Source of the DNA: Octopus sinensis
Lineage: Eukaryota
Reading direction: 5' to 3'
Assembly (NCBI RefSeq): GCF_006345805.1
Contig: NC_043000.1
Coordinates: 30,132,001 to 30,196,000, forward strand
DNA length: 64,000 bases
Shown here piece after piece: positions 51,120 to 64,000 of the stretch. Each line of letters opens with the position of its first letter. Within the stretch, counting starts at the first letter, position 1. The translations under genes were made by a program, and so were the position numbers. Under the pieces are notes generated by a model. It did not search any database and was not told where the DNA came from. It saw nothing but the letters and a program-made list of their open reading frames with translations.

Positions 51120-51311
51120 CCTTTCTACTCTAGGCACAAAGCCAGTCGATTAGATTGACCCCAGTATGCAACTGGTACTTAATTTATCGACCCTAAAAGG
51201 ACGAAAGGCAAAGTCGACCTCGACTGTGTTTGAACTCAGAATGTAACGACAGACGAAATACTACTAAGCATTTTGCCCGGCATGCTAATGGTTCTGCCAG
51301 CTCGCTGCCTT
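51120..51311 (-). mobile_element. SINE family B
   Basis: Reverse complement head and body. Confidence 0.82.
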
Positions 51312-51331
51312 TGCAATTTCAATAATAATAA

Positions 51332-51705
51332 TCAATATATATATAAAACTGAGAATGTGTTTCTGTCTGTCTGTTTGTGTGAATCCCTAAAACTTGAGAA
51401 CTACACAACCAATTTCATTTAAATTTTACACATGCCTTACTTAGAGTCCTAGGAGTGTCATGGGCAAAAACATTTTAACGTCTTGCCTAGGGCGAGCCCA
51501 TAGCAATATCATATCTTCTCCAGTATGAATCCCTAAAACAATAGAGAGATGTTTTTGTTTCACTTTTAACACGTAATACTGAAATAGTGGAGAAAATATG
51601 ATATTGCTTTGGGATCGTCCTAGGCAAAAAGTAAAAAAAAATTTTTGCCATGACACACACCCCGGACCCTAAGTAAGGCATGTGTAAATTCCCCCACCCA
51701 CCCCC
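51332..51705 (+). mobile_element. Probable non-autonomous Helitron 5' end with an internal inverted repeat
   Basis: A|TCaatatatatataaaact start, then (GTCT)n; inverted arms at 51422-51522 and 51588-51690. Confidence 0.55.
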
Positions 51706-51709
51706 AAAA

Positions 51710-52870
51710 AACGGGGTAAAGCAAAGTTGTGTCCTTGCTCCTACATTATTTGGCACCTTCTTCTCGCTGCTGCTGTCACATGCCTTTGAGACATCAGATG
51801 ATGGAGTGTTTTTACACAGTAGAAGTGATGGGAAACTGTTCAATCTCTCGCGTCTGCGTGCCAAGACCAAAATCAGAAGAGTCCTGATCAAGGAGATGCT
51901 ATTTGTTGATGATGCCGCTCTGGTATCACACACAGAAGAAGCCCTACAAAGGCTCATCAACTGTTTCGAGCAAGTATGTGGCAACTTTGGCTTAGTTATC
52001 AGCCTCAAGAAGGCCTACATCATGGGTCAGGCTACATCGGACATCCCAAATATAAATATTGGAGACCACAGACTACAGGAGGGGGAGAAGTTTACCTATC
52101 TTGGCTCTACCGTCACCTACAACCTATCCTTTGATGCTGAGCTCAGTATACGCATTGGCAAGGCATCTGCTGTGATGGCCCAACTCTCCAAACGGGCATG
52201 GGACAACAATAAGCTGACCAAGACCACAAAAATAAAGATTTACCAGACATGCGTACTTAGCACTCTACTGTATGGAAGTGAGACTTGGACGCCATACACA
52301 CGCCGAGAGCGTTGCTTAAATATCTTTCACCTGCGCTGCCTCCGGAAAATCCTTCGCATTAATTGGCAGAATAATGTCCCCAACAAAGATATCCTCAAGC
52401 AAGCAGGAATACCAAGCACTCCTCACACAAACACGTATGAGATGGATTGGACATGTTAGTCGTATGGAAGATGGCAAAATCCCCAAGGACATACTCAACG
52501 GAGAACTTACGATACAAGGATGTTTGCGAAAGGGACATGAATGCCTGCAACATCAATATTGCCAACTGGGAAGCAGTTTCCAGCAACCGTAGAGATTGGC
52601 GACGTACCGTAAAAGAGGGAACACAAGGGAGTGACATAGAGAGGAGAAATGGAAAGACATGAAAAGACGTCAACAAGAAAGTATGACATTACAACCAGCC
52701 AGGCAAAGTCTTCGCTACATTGGCGGCTCCTGCCAGAGGGAGTGCTTGTCCAGGATAGGACTACACAGCCACAGCAGGAGATGTATTAGGACATGAAATG
52801 TAAAAGCCGGACTAGATTATTTCATGCGCAACTCCATTGTCTCCCGAGACAAAAAGGATGCCAACAACAA
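51710..52870 (+). mobile_element. RTE-clade LINE, 5'-truncated (reverse transcriptase C-terminal half and 3' UTR)
   Basis: NGVKQSCVLAPTLF, MLFVDDAAL (variant of F/YADD), KFTYLGS, RIGKAS, LLYGSETW, FHLRCLRKILRINWQ, RWIGHVSRMEDGKIPKDIL; frameshifts from about 52430; ends ggatgcCAACAACAA. Confidence 0.93.
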
Positions 52871-53158
52871 TATATATGGATTTCGTAGACAGGAACTGAA
52901 ACAAATCAATCGTATATATATGTATGTATATATGTAAGCCTATGTGTGTCTTTGTCTCTGTGTTTCGCCCTCATTACTGTTCCACAACTGCTCTTCATTT
53001 ATTTACATCCACATAACTTACTGGTTTCACAAGAACAAACTAATAGAATAAGTACTAAGCTTATCAACATAAAAAAGCACTGGGTTGTGTCTCATATTTT
53101 TGTTTGCCCGCTCAGTTGTATCTATCAATTTATCTTTGTATGTGTGTGTGTATATCTA

Positions 53159-53205
<47 letters not shown>

Positions 53206-53207
53206 TA

Positions 53208-53258
<51 letters not shown>

Positions 53259-54569
53259 TGTGTGTTGTGTGTGTGTGTGTGTATAACACCCTAATGGGAG
53301 CCTTAACTCCCAAATTTTAGTCATTTCTTTTATGATCCAAAACTAGCTCAAAGTACTGAATGGATCTTTATGAAATTTGGAAATTATATTCTATGCATAA
53401 GGGCCATAACCCCCATGACAATTCATATATTTTTGCTGTTGATGAAATTTTAACCATAGATATTAGACACAAATGAAGTAATATTTATAAAATTTCATCT
53501 TCTTACAAGTTATAAAGACCCCTCCATGGGGACTTAACACCCACAATTTTGTCATTCTATCTAAGCAAAAACGAATACAGTTGAGCTCTTGGAAGCTGTA
53601 GGGTTACCCGAGCATAAAAATTGGGCATTATTTCTAATTCAATGGTACAACAGTGTAACAGTTTGCTTTGACATACACTTACATTGTGATTTCTGTAATG
53701 TGGTGCATAAATTGTTAAGTAAATGAGAGGCATCTTTGCCTCTATTGATTCAGTTGCAAAGTGTTGAGTAAAGTTATTTGATTGCAGACCTCCTTTCAGT
53801 CCTTTCATCACTCGGTCACACATAGTACCCAGATGGTAACATTGATTTCAAGGCCTTTCCAGATGAGTGACTGGTTATTCATAGACATTTATAGATTTTA
53901 CATTTATTCTGTCCAGTTACGTATCAGTATAGTGGTCATTTGCAAACTCCAGTGGTGACACTTTAATTTCTCCTTAGCCCTCACGTCACACAGTTATTAA
54001 TGTTTATTTCAGTTGGGTCAAGCCCTTCCAATTGCGATAGATTCGTAATGCATTTTACGGCTGTGCCTGTCACCTGGATGGTGGGGAATCCTACATTGGG
54101 AGTGGTAATGACTAGGGTAGGGTAACTGACTGCTTATTGTGATCATTCGTCTTTTGGTTTCCTGTAGCTTTGCTCTCTTTTAAAAACCCAGTGAACATAT
54201 ATTTCCTATGTCAAAGAAATTCAAACAATAGATATAAGACCCAAGTTAAAAAGATTTTCAACAATTCAACTCTCTGGTTGACCTTAAGATGCCCACCCCC
54301 AACAGGGGCCTTAGCTCTCACATTTTAGAACTCTATGACCTTCATTTTTCAGGAGCAAAATCTTTTTAACAGGTTCAATAACACTGGAATTTTGGAATAT
54401 GCGCATAAACATCAGTAGTATGGGATACATGTGGCACGATTACAATTTTTTTAGGGTGTGTAAAGAGTGAAATAACCCTCATCTGCAATTTTGATGAAAT
54501 TCGAAACATAGATATTCCAGTTCATTACAGAAAATATAACAGAAAAGTCTAATTCTTCAATTGAATGTA

Positions 54570-54596
54570 AACGGGCAACGCCGGGTATCTCTGTAG
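54570..54596 (+). mobile_element. Helitron-like 3' terminus
   Basis: GC-rich cgggcaacgccggg hairpin-like motif about 10 nt before ctgTAG|T (CTAG consensus imperfect). Confidence 0.5.
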
Positions 54597-54764
54597 TATC
54601 TAATATAGCAAGGAGTGTACAGATATCGGCGAGGAGGGTACATCGATTATATTGAACAAAGCAGTTGACAAATAAGTACATGATGAATATAATGTTGAGC
54701 AAATTTTGTAAGGATTTGAACTCAGAACCCAAATAATACATATCCTGCATTCCGTCGCTTACAA

Positions 54765-55060
54765 CAACAAGTGGTCCAGTTGATCCGATCAATGGAACAG
54801 CCTGCTTCTGAAACTAACGTGCATGGACTTGGCTACTCCATAAACACCCGTCCCCTCAACGTAGTTTTCAGGGAGTTGCTGTGTGACAAGACTGGCCCTT
54901 CGAAATACAGGAACAACTCACTTTTGCCAGTTGGTTGGACAGAAGTAACGTGAAATAAAACGTCTTGCTGAAGAGCACCACGCGTTGCCAAGAATTGAAC
55001 TCATGACCGTAAGGTTGTGTGCCATACACCCTAACCAGAAAACCATGCGCCTCCACCACG
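54765..55060 (-). mobile_element. SINE family C
   Basis: Reverse complement core and tRNA head. Confidence 0.78.
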
Positions 55061-55346
55061 CATATATCTAAATACTGCAAAACGATGGAGATAAAGTAGA
55101 AATAAAGACATCTAAAGAATTTAGTCTGCGACATTTAGTTTTCTGTTCGTCATTCAGAGATTTTTAAAGAAGCTGGTGATGATAAGATAAACAGTTGATA
55201 GTATTTTTAAGGATGCTGTTAAAGATAGATGAAAGAAAATATGAATACGAAGAAGAAGAAGAAGAAGAAGAAAAAGAATGAAAACAGCTGCAACAACAGC
55301 CAGTAATGGAGAAGAAAACTACTCGTCCCCTTCCATCCTCTGTGTT

Positions 55347-55386
<40 letters not shown>

Positions 55387-55617
55387 CACACACACACATA
55401 TACATATATATATATATACACATACATATGTGTATATATATGTGTATATATGTATATACATATATGCCTATATAATATGTATGTGTGTATATAAGGATAT
55501 ATATATATATATATATATACATAAATGGAGAATTAAGTATACCAACCTATATGCATATGTATATGCTTGTATATATGTATTTATAAATATGTGTATATAT
55601 ATATACATAGGTAGATG

Positions 55618-55680
<63 letters not shown>

Positions 55681-56270
55681 ATACATAATATATATGCGTA
55701 CAGATAAAGGATACATGCATACATACATATATACATATATACATACATACATAAATAAATACATACATACACGTATATTATTTACTGGTAAAATACAAAC
55801 TGGTGTTTGGAGAACGAAAGTAAATAGAACTGCAACGCAGGATTTCATGTGTTTACTTTGTAGATTTTTTTCCACAGTTTAGCTGTGCATTTCAAAGCGA
55901 TGTATATTTCTAATACTTTCATGTTCGCTTCTTTACTGGTGGCAATGCTATGAATGTGTTATGTTTCAAAGGTTGATGGCCCTCATTATCACAGCGTTGC
56001 CAGCTTTGATGTCTTTCTTACAGGAAACACCTGATAAAAGTCCCTGTCTTCCGGCTACTTTGTCAGACCATCTCTTTAGCCAATACCTTCTTTTTACTTC
56101 TTTGCTTGATAAATGAATTGGTGGAATCCTCGCGTAGATATTCGTTAGCGTAGCTGACGCTTATGATTCGCGGAATATTAGTGAAGCGATGCATATCAGT
56201 CACATGTATGTAAAGGAGGAAGAACAGCATGGGAAAAAGTAATGCTAATGGTGATGGTAATTATGATGAC

Positions 56271-56306
<36 letters not shown>

Positions 56307-56420
56307 TGGTGGTGGTGGTGGTAGTAGTAATAATATCCATATAATAGTAATATTGATGATATCATCATGATCATCATCATGATCATCTTTATCATTATTA
56401 TTATTATTATTATTATTATT

Positions 56421-56770
56421 CCTTCGTAACACAGTGTAGGTAAAAATGCACCGGTGTCTTTAGTCATCTGTCAAATCACAAGAACGACCTCAGGTAATAC
56501 TTTCCTTAAGATATGCGCTGTACCCAATAAGGCTGGTTTTTGCAAGACATCAACTTTGCATGCTTTTTCCAGGTGCCTTAAAAAGTTTTGAAGTTTCAAC
56601 GGGATTGAACCCAACGCTCTGATCACATTTGTATCACTTTTACATTACCCCCACGCATTCCATACAGTCTTGCCACTTTCACTTTCAATTTGGAGTACTT
56701 GGTGATTTCCATGTCATTTGGTATGGCTACAACAATGATCTGGCAGTATTTGTCTCTCTTATTCAATATG
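56421..56770 (-). mobile_element. Third R4/Dong-clade endonuclease 3' fragment
   Basis: KYCQIIVVAIPNDMEITKYSKLKVKVARLYGM / RALGSIPLKLQNFLRHL...VLQKPALLGTAHILRKVL; 3' end runs into (TAA)n at 56420. Confidence 0.78.
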
Positions 56771-56859
56771 ACAATGTCCGTAAAGAAGAAATGCCGCTAA
56801 GCATATTGCCCAGCGCAGTAACCGTTTTGACAGCTCACAATCTAAACAACGACACTTAG

Positions 56860-57250
56860 AAAGAGGAGGAGGAGGAGGGGGAGGAGGAGAAGAAGAAGGA
56901 GGGGGAGAAGGAGGTGGAGGAGTAGAAGAAGAAAAAGAAGAAGGAGGATGAGGAGAAGAAGAAGAAGAAGAAGGAGGAGGAGAAGAAGAAGAAGGAGGGG
57001 AGGAGGAGGAGAAGAAGAAGAAGAAAAAGGAGGAGGAGGAGAAGAAGAAGAAGAAGGAGGAGGAGGAGGAGGAGGAGTAGAAGAAGAAGAAAAAAAAGGA
57101 GGAGGAGTAGAAGAAGAAGAAGAAAAAGAAAAAGAAGGAGGAGGAGGAGTAGAAGAAGGTGAAGAAGAAGAAGAAGGTGAAGAAGAAGAAGGAGGAGGAG
57201 GAGATGAGAAGGAGGAGGAGGAGAAGAAGAAGAAGAAGAAGAAGAAGAAT
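56860..57250. repeat. (GGA)n/(GAA)n purine tract
   Basis: Seen directly; source of poly-E/G/R pseudo-ORFs. Confidence 0.97.
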
Positions 57251-58015
57251 CTTTTCTGTTATTTGCCATAGAGGGTAATATTATAAGGAGATTCTACAAT
57301 TTGTGTAAGAGTTTGCATAACAAAGAGGGTAAAAGTGAAGGGGAGAAAAAGATAAGAATGAAGTGAGATGTATAAAGTCTGTGAATTCTTTGATGATGTA
57401 GTCTTCCTGATAATGGGGAGCTGTTACCAAAAGCATGTCAAGGAAGCCCGCTTCTAGGATACTCACTGCTGCAAAGGAACTAACTACTGCTGCGCAACTG
57501 TTACTCTTTATTCTGCAGTAGCATGCTTGGAGTGGTTCCATTCGCCCTGGTCATTTTTGGAACATTACCCACCTTTTGACAAATTCGTTGGGGAAGACTT
57601 CGACCTTCGACCTTCACCCTCAATCTCCTTTCTAAGTGGAACTTGAAAGAAATAGAAGGACTTGAATAAAAACTAAGGTGTACGTTCTCAATCTTTGCAA
57701 TCTCGTCCACCACACAATCTCTTCCCCATAACCTCTACATAGAAGACTACACCTGGTCCATTTTGTTAAATGTTGGTGGTGGAGGCGATTCTCACGATAA
57801 AACAGTTACGTAATGCAGAAATTTCTTACCTGTGGAGATAATTCCGAACATGTGACGACCTTTAGTATCACTGTCGGTATCAGTGTTCAGGAAATATTTT
57901 AAAATCTTCACAAGGATGCACAACAGATTTTTACTTGTGCTATAGACACGCTAATGAAGATAACAAAAAAAAGGAGGTCAGCGTTGATACAAATGGATGG
58001 AAAAAAAGGAAAGGT

Positions 58016-58408
58016 AGGAGTGGCTGTGTGGTAAGTACCTTGCTTACCAACCACATGGTTCCGGGTTCAGTCCTACAGCGTGGCACCTTGGGCAAGTGTC
58101 TTCTACTATAGCCTCTGGCCGACCAAAGCTTTGTGAATAGATTTGGTAGACGGAAACTGAAAGAAGCCCGTCGTATATATGTATATAAGTATGTATGTAT
58201 ATATATATGCTTGTGTGTCTGTGTTTCTCCCCCTAGCATCGCTTGACAACCGATACTGGTGTGTTTACGTCCCAGTAACTTAGCGTTTCGGAAAAAGTGA
58301 CCGATAGAATAAGTACTAGGCTTACATAGAAAAAGTCCTGGGTTCGATTTGCTCGACTAAAGGCGGTGCTCCAACATGGCCACATTTACATGATTGAAAC
58401 AATTATAA
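58016..58408 (+). mobile_element. SINE family A, full length
   Basis: Complete head, microsatellite and tail. Confidence 0.9.
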
Positions 58409-59372
58409 GAGTATATTATATTCTTACAATTTGGAAATTCCAGACTTTTGTTGTAGCAGATGGATTATATAACTTTCTGGAGAATGAGAAACTCCTAGAA
58501 ATAAAATAGAAGAGGCGTAGAAAAAAATCAAGGCGCAACGCTAATCTGTTGTTTGGCTATAGAAAGATACCATGTGACTTGAAGTTAAAAGGGAACTTAG
58601 CAGTTGGTTGGCGGTTTACTAGAAATCATGTCCCAATTGTGTGGCTCAATTAGTGGCTTTGTTTAGTGTGAAGGCACTTAGCGTCCATAGGAAGATGTAC
58701 AAGTTATTTTGGAGAGAAAACACAAAGCAGTTCATTTGTACGAAGTAGAAATAAAGTGCTGAAGTGAGTCATGGAAAAAATTAGAAAATCGTGAATGGAA
58801 ATACTTCATGGAGGCTTTCAGTATTTATTATTATTCGTCATTCGATTATTTGACTAGCGTGCGGTGAGAATCCAGACATGCTTGCAAAGAAAGGCGAGAA
58901 AATAATAATCTAATATGAGTATAAGATATTCAAACCATACCAAAGTGGGAAAAAAAGCAACTTATTTTGATTTAATTATGCAAATGATAAGGCTATTAGT
59001 ACATAGTTTGGAGGGAATAACTTTGATTTATTGATTTTAAAGGAATCGAAACATACAAACCTGATAGGATAAAACTGCTACGAAACAATATAACCAGATC
59101 ACTGAAAAAAATGAAAACAGGGGTTACAAGTACTAGCGATGTCACAGGATGATTAAAATAATCCCTTCTACTATAGGCACAAGGCCTGAAATTTTGGGGA
59201 AGCAGGATAGTCGTTTACATTGACCCCAGTACTTCGGCGTGTCTAGGTTTTGGAGCTTAACTATCGAATAAATTTCCCACATCATAAATTTGACAAAAAA
59301 TACTATTCAAGTCTCATTTGGGAAGTTCTACTGTGACTGCCGCATTCTTATGATATCGTGCCATCAAATTCT

Positions 59373-59572
59373 TTTCTACTCTAGGCGCAAGGCCCAAAAT
59401 TTTGAAGGAGGAGCCAGTCGATTACATCAACCCCAGTACGCAACTGATACTTAATTTATCGGCCCCGAAAAGATGAAAGGCAAAGTCGACCTCGGCAGTG
59501 TTTGAACTCAGAATGTAAAGACAGACGGCAGTAAGCCCGGAGTGCTAACAGTTCTGCCAGATCGCCGCCTTA
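59373..59572 (-). mobile_element. SINE family B
   Basis: Reverse complement head and body. Confidence 0.82.
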
Positions 59573-59819
59573 AGATGATGAATGTAATGAAATGAGGAAT
59601 GCGAGGGAAGGTTCTTGAAGAGGACGATGTAAGGTTTAAGGCGCTAGTGTTCGAGACTAAACTAAATATGTGTAATATGTAGCCAATACTTGGGCGATAC
59701 TAGTTACTCCGTTCGTTTAAAAAATGGAGAATGACAACGTATAACTCAGGGAATGTTAAAAGCGATAAAGAGGGCGAGTAGAATTTAGAATCAAATGATA
59801 CGTCCTCAGTACTTCTGCT

Positions 59820-60080
59820 GTTAAGCCTGGTACTTATTCTAACGATCTCGTTTTTGATGAAATGCTAATTTACGGGGACGTAAACATACCACCCGCTTGT
59901 ACATGGTGGTGGGAGACACCCACACATACACGCACAAACACACATCACGCCTACCAGATCCATTCACAAGGATTAGATCAGCTCGAAGCTGTAGTAGAAA
60001 AACTTGCCCAATATGTAAGGCAGTGGGGTTGAACACAGGATCATGTGGTTAGGTAGCAAACTCCTTACTACTCAGCCACG
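59820..60080 (-). mobile_element. SINE family A, diverged
   Basis: Degenerate family A body and head. Confidence 0.65.
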
Positions 60081-60370
60081 CAATTGTTTGAGTCGTAGCA
60101 CACGGCCAGGGGCAAGTTCCTCTCCGAAGCTCTAAGAATAATTCTCAGAAATCACCACATTTACAGTGTAGTTGAAAAACGTTGCAACCACTAAACACTT
60201 ATAGATGTAATTACAGTCTTCCTCCTTTAAGACAGAACCTCCAATTTTTCGTTCTAAGCCACGGTTTGCTGCGGTCAAATTGAGGCGCTTCCATCTTCAT
60301 CTACTTCTAATAATCATCCTCCATGTCATCTTCATAATCTTAGTGAAAAATCACTTCACGCCAATTGTGA

Positions 60371-60918
60371 AGACACGTAGCTTAGTGGTTAGGGCATTTG
60401 GCTCAAAGTCCTAAGGCCGTAAGTTCAATTTCTGGCGGGGCGTTGGAACTTTGAACAAGACACTTTCGAGTTCTTCCAGTCTACTCGCTAGCAAATTGAG
60501 TTGTATCTATAACTGAAAAGATTAACCTTGTTACAGTCTGTGTCACGCTGAATCTGACTGACGACTACGTTAAGGACACTGGCTAGGAAGGAAATTTACT
60601 TAGGGGGTGCAATCCCAGGTCTAACAGTTTTTAGAAACAAGGAACTTGTTTTTTTTTTTTTTTGTTCTTTGAGAAGAAATCTAACTTCGAGCTACTTTTA
60701 ATAGATCACTTTTTTTCGAATCCTGAGAAAAGTAAGTAGGGGTGCAAATCTTGATCTTGCACCTCACAAAAATACTAGCGCAACCCCTGTTCCCAGGTCC
60801 ATGGTTAAGAATGTGCGTGTTTGTGGTTTGCTCAGCCACTCGCGCGTTAAATTCACGAACAAACTTTTCTGTTGATCGGATCAACTGGAGCCCAACTCGT
60901 CGTAACCGACGGAGTGCC
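60371..60918 (+). mobile_element. SINE family C split by a 229-bp insertion (60575-60803)
   Basis: The SINE C sequence resumes after the insert; gttaag is duplicated at 60569-60574 and 60804-60809. Confidence 0.75.
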
Positions 60919-61359
60919 GGTTTCTTTTTACACTCCTATGAGCCTAGAAATGTTTTGATAAATCAAAGTGCTATAATATATACTTAACAAAAATAAACTT
61001 TTGCAAACAGTAAAGGGTCTGCGTTTTTCTCTACTAGGTTATATAACTGCGTTTAGTAACATTATTTCTAAAAAAGAAAATGATTTATTGTTGCGCTCCG
61101 ATTTTGACATAAAATTTAATATATCTAGTAATATATTTGTTTTTCAGATAACTTAGAACAACAAGAATAAAAAAATGAGAATGAAGAAAATGTAAGATAC
61201 ACCGGATAGAAATATTTACTGAAGTTAAAGTTGCGGGTGCCTCATTCTAAACTAAAAAAAAATCTAAAATAAAAATTGTAGTGATTACTTACTTTCTGAG
61301 ATATATATATATATATATATATATATCTTCCGTTCTTCCGTGTCCTTCATCAATTATAC

Positions 61360-61402
<43 letters not shown>

Positions 61403-62424
61403 AATTGATATATATATATATATGTGTGAGTGTGTGTGTAATACTCCGATACGCTCCACACCCACGTCCACTTCCACACACAAATGCATGTAATCCTGTG
61501 CTTTTCCGTGCAAATAGCTTTCATAAATTTTCTCTCTGTTTCTCCGCAAGGAAATCACAAGAAATGTTCCGACTTAACGCAGAGAAGATTTATGACGAAA
61601 GAAACTTTGACTGTTTTAATTTATAGAAGCATGTAGCCAGAAATATCTGTATACTAAACGTGATATTATATACATCAACAGGTGAGATGTAACAAATATA
61701 TATATCACTCGCTATATGCACTTCTGATTTTTCAAAGTATCTTAAATGTTCTTCTGCATCTACCCATTTATATATAAACTTTTGGTTCAATCATTAATGG
61801 GCAGTGAAGAGACACCTACATTACTTGGGAACAATCCTTATATATATATATATATATATATGCAACATACACATACTTATATAGACAGACATTCTGGCAA
61901 TTTTCTTTATTATAGTATTGAAGATTATTTATGTATTGAATAATGACATTCAAGGCAGGAGATGTTCTGTTCACACCTGTAAGTGCTATTAAAATGTGCG
62001 GTTTCAATGTTTCTGTCGGTGGTCGTCTGCTTCTTCCATTGTGTGAATGTGAACACTTTATGTGATCATAAAGCTACTTCATATACAGTAGAGATATATA
62101 GGAACATTTCTGAGTGAAGAAAAGCCTCCTCCATCCGTATAACTCTCATTTACTGTGAGAATATTATTGATTTCAAGCAAATTATTGACTTATTTATTTC
62201 TTTGCATCCTAGAAAACCTATTCTAGTGAAATTATCTAAATAAAGTGACATAGAAAAAAAAACCTTATTAATTATTTTCAATTATTCAGGAAAACATTTG
62301 TTGAATATATCATTGTGAATTAGAGGGTTAATTGATGTATTTTGAATATCAAGAAAAAAAAAACTTCCCTGGTCGAAAATTCGTTCGTGTCCATGAGAAA
62401 TACTTATTTCTACTTTGCAAATAA

Positions 62425-62850
62425 AATCAGCAAGCTGTCCGAATCGTTAGCTCGTCGGACAAAATGCTTAGCGATATTTCTTACAACCCATGGCCTTCTG
62501 GATTTAAATTCATTTAAGGTCGACTTTGCTTCTTAGCCTTCCGTGCTTGTTTAAATAGATATCAATGAAGCACTAAATCAATGTAAGCGACGTACCTCAT
62601 TCCCTAAAATTGCCGATCTTGTGCCAAAATATGAAAGTATTATTCCGTAAGTAGAAGCAACAAACTGACCCAATCTATTCCACACCAAACAGAAGGCTTA
62701 GGAATTCTTCTTTCGTGTTTTTACGTTCTGAATTCAAATTCCGTCCAGATCGACTATGCCGATAAAATAAGTACCAGCTAATGATTTGGGCCGATGTAAA
62801 CGTATTGTCACGCCAGTAAAATTACTGGCCACGTACCGAAATTTGAAACC
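62425..62850 (+). mobile_element. Two diverged SINE family B copies
   Basis: B-like heads and bodies at about 62425-62640 and 62700-62850. Confidence 0.6.
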
Positions 62851-63644
62851 ATAATTACGTATGTAAAGCAGTGTATGGCAAGAGGAGATATCTGTCAATT
62901 TCCAAAGCAATTATACTACATTACAAAGAAGAAAAACAAAAGCGAATACATTTTGATTTATTATTAAACTGTGTGATGCAATTTAAAAGTTAAATGAGAG
63001 AAATTTCAGCTGTCATAAGTGGAATAAATTTAAATTATTCTCAACTATTCTCCAAATTTTAGATTTATGCTGATAATTCTGAAATATAGATCTTACTATT
63101 TCAGTGATGCAATATCGATTTCTGAATATGTCATATATCCTTCAGTTGCAGAGAGAAGATTTTATGGATTGAATCGGCATCCATATATGATTGGTAACTC
63201 ATTTTATTGATCCTGTAGGGATACGATATTCTATTTTACTAATTCTATTTTTGAATATATACACGCATACATACATTTACTCGTGTATTTATGCATGCAT
63301 ACATGAATTTATGTGTAGACATGTGTGTATATCTACATATACACTCGCTACTTGAATGGTAGATGATACTACAAAACAAGTATTAAAATGACCTTACATT
63401 CTACCAGTTAGTGCTATTAAGTTAGACATGGCTTGAGCCAATTTAGGGTTGAAGCATATCTAAGCCTAAGCTTATATAAGTTTGTGAGTGTGTACAAATC
63501 AGGGAAATACTCCAAAGAGGAATGTGTTCCTGTAATTGACAATTTTGCGCGACTTATGCCATTTGGAGAATATTTTGAAAAGAACATGACTTTTATGTGA
63601 AGGGAACGATAGTACACAGACCAAAGTTTAAGTCCAACAAATTT

Positions 63645-63860
63645 CTTTGAGCGGAAACACCTAAAGCTCCACGAGGCTCCGGCAGGGGGTGATGGCGATC
63701 CCTGCTGTACTCTTTCGCCACAACTTTCTCTCTTTCTTCTGTTGGCCTGCTCGCTTAGCCAGCGGGGTGGCGTCATTTGAAGGCTAAAACAATGCGAAGC
63801 GCATTGTGACCAGCGAGATGTAGCAACATCTGATAGCCTGGTCGGTCACGGTGATCACGG
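63645..63860. mobile_element. Repeat related to the 42 kb SINE C-like element
   Basis: gaaacacctaaagctccacgag is the reverse complement of ctcgtggagctttaggtgttttc near 42075. Confidence 0.5.
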
Positions 63861-64000
63861 TGATATATATATATATATATACATATGTATATATATATAT
63901 ATATATATGCATACATATAGATATATATATATATTTGTGTGTGACTGTGTCTATATATACATATATATATATGTATATGTATAGATACACACATTCACAC

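Overview
AT-rich eukaryotic genomic DNA, dense in microsatellites and transposable elements, with one 100-N scaffold gap (41484-41583). The SINE families resemble octopus/cephalopod repeats; this is recognition from memory, not a database result. I find no confidently identifiable host protein-coding gene, rRNA, functional tRNA or CRISPR array, and most ORFs in the supplied track are translations of microsatellites or SINEs. Recognisable content: many copies of three tRNA-derived SINE families (called A, B, C here); decayed Tc1/mariner transposases; a 5'-truncated RTE LINE inside a probable non-autonomous Helitron; a CR1 3' fragment; three R4/Dong-clade endonuclease 3' ends ending in (TAA)n/(TGA)n arrays; and a Penelope GIY-YIG remnant. 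The most interesting signal is a set of minimal type I hammerhead ribozyme motifs (helix I-CUGANGA-helix II-GAAA-palindromic helix III-NUH-helix I) at about 10.15, 27.2, 28.0, 33.5 and 48.9/49.2 kb, with a degenerate one at 40.1 kb. They belong to several distinct repeat families, and most sit in long inverted repeats. One is linked to the Penelope remnant; the others may be non-autonomous Penelope derivatives or retrozyme-like elements. Ribozyme activity is inferred from motif and pairing only. Repeat boundaries were read by eye and are approximate.
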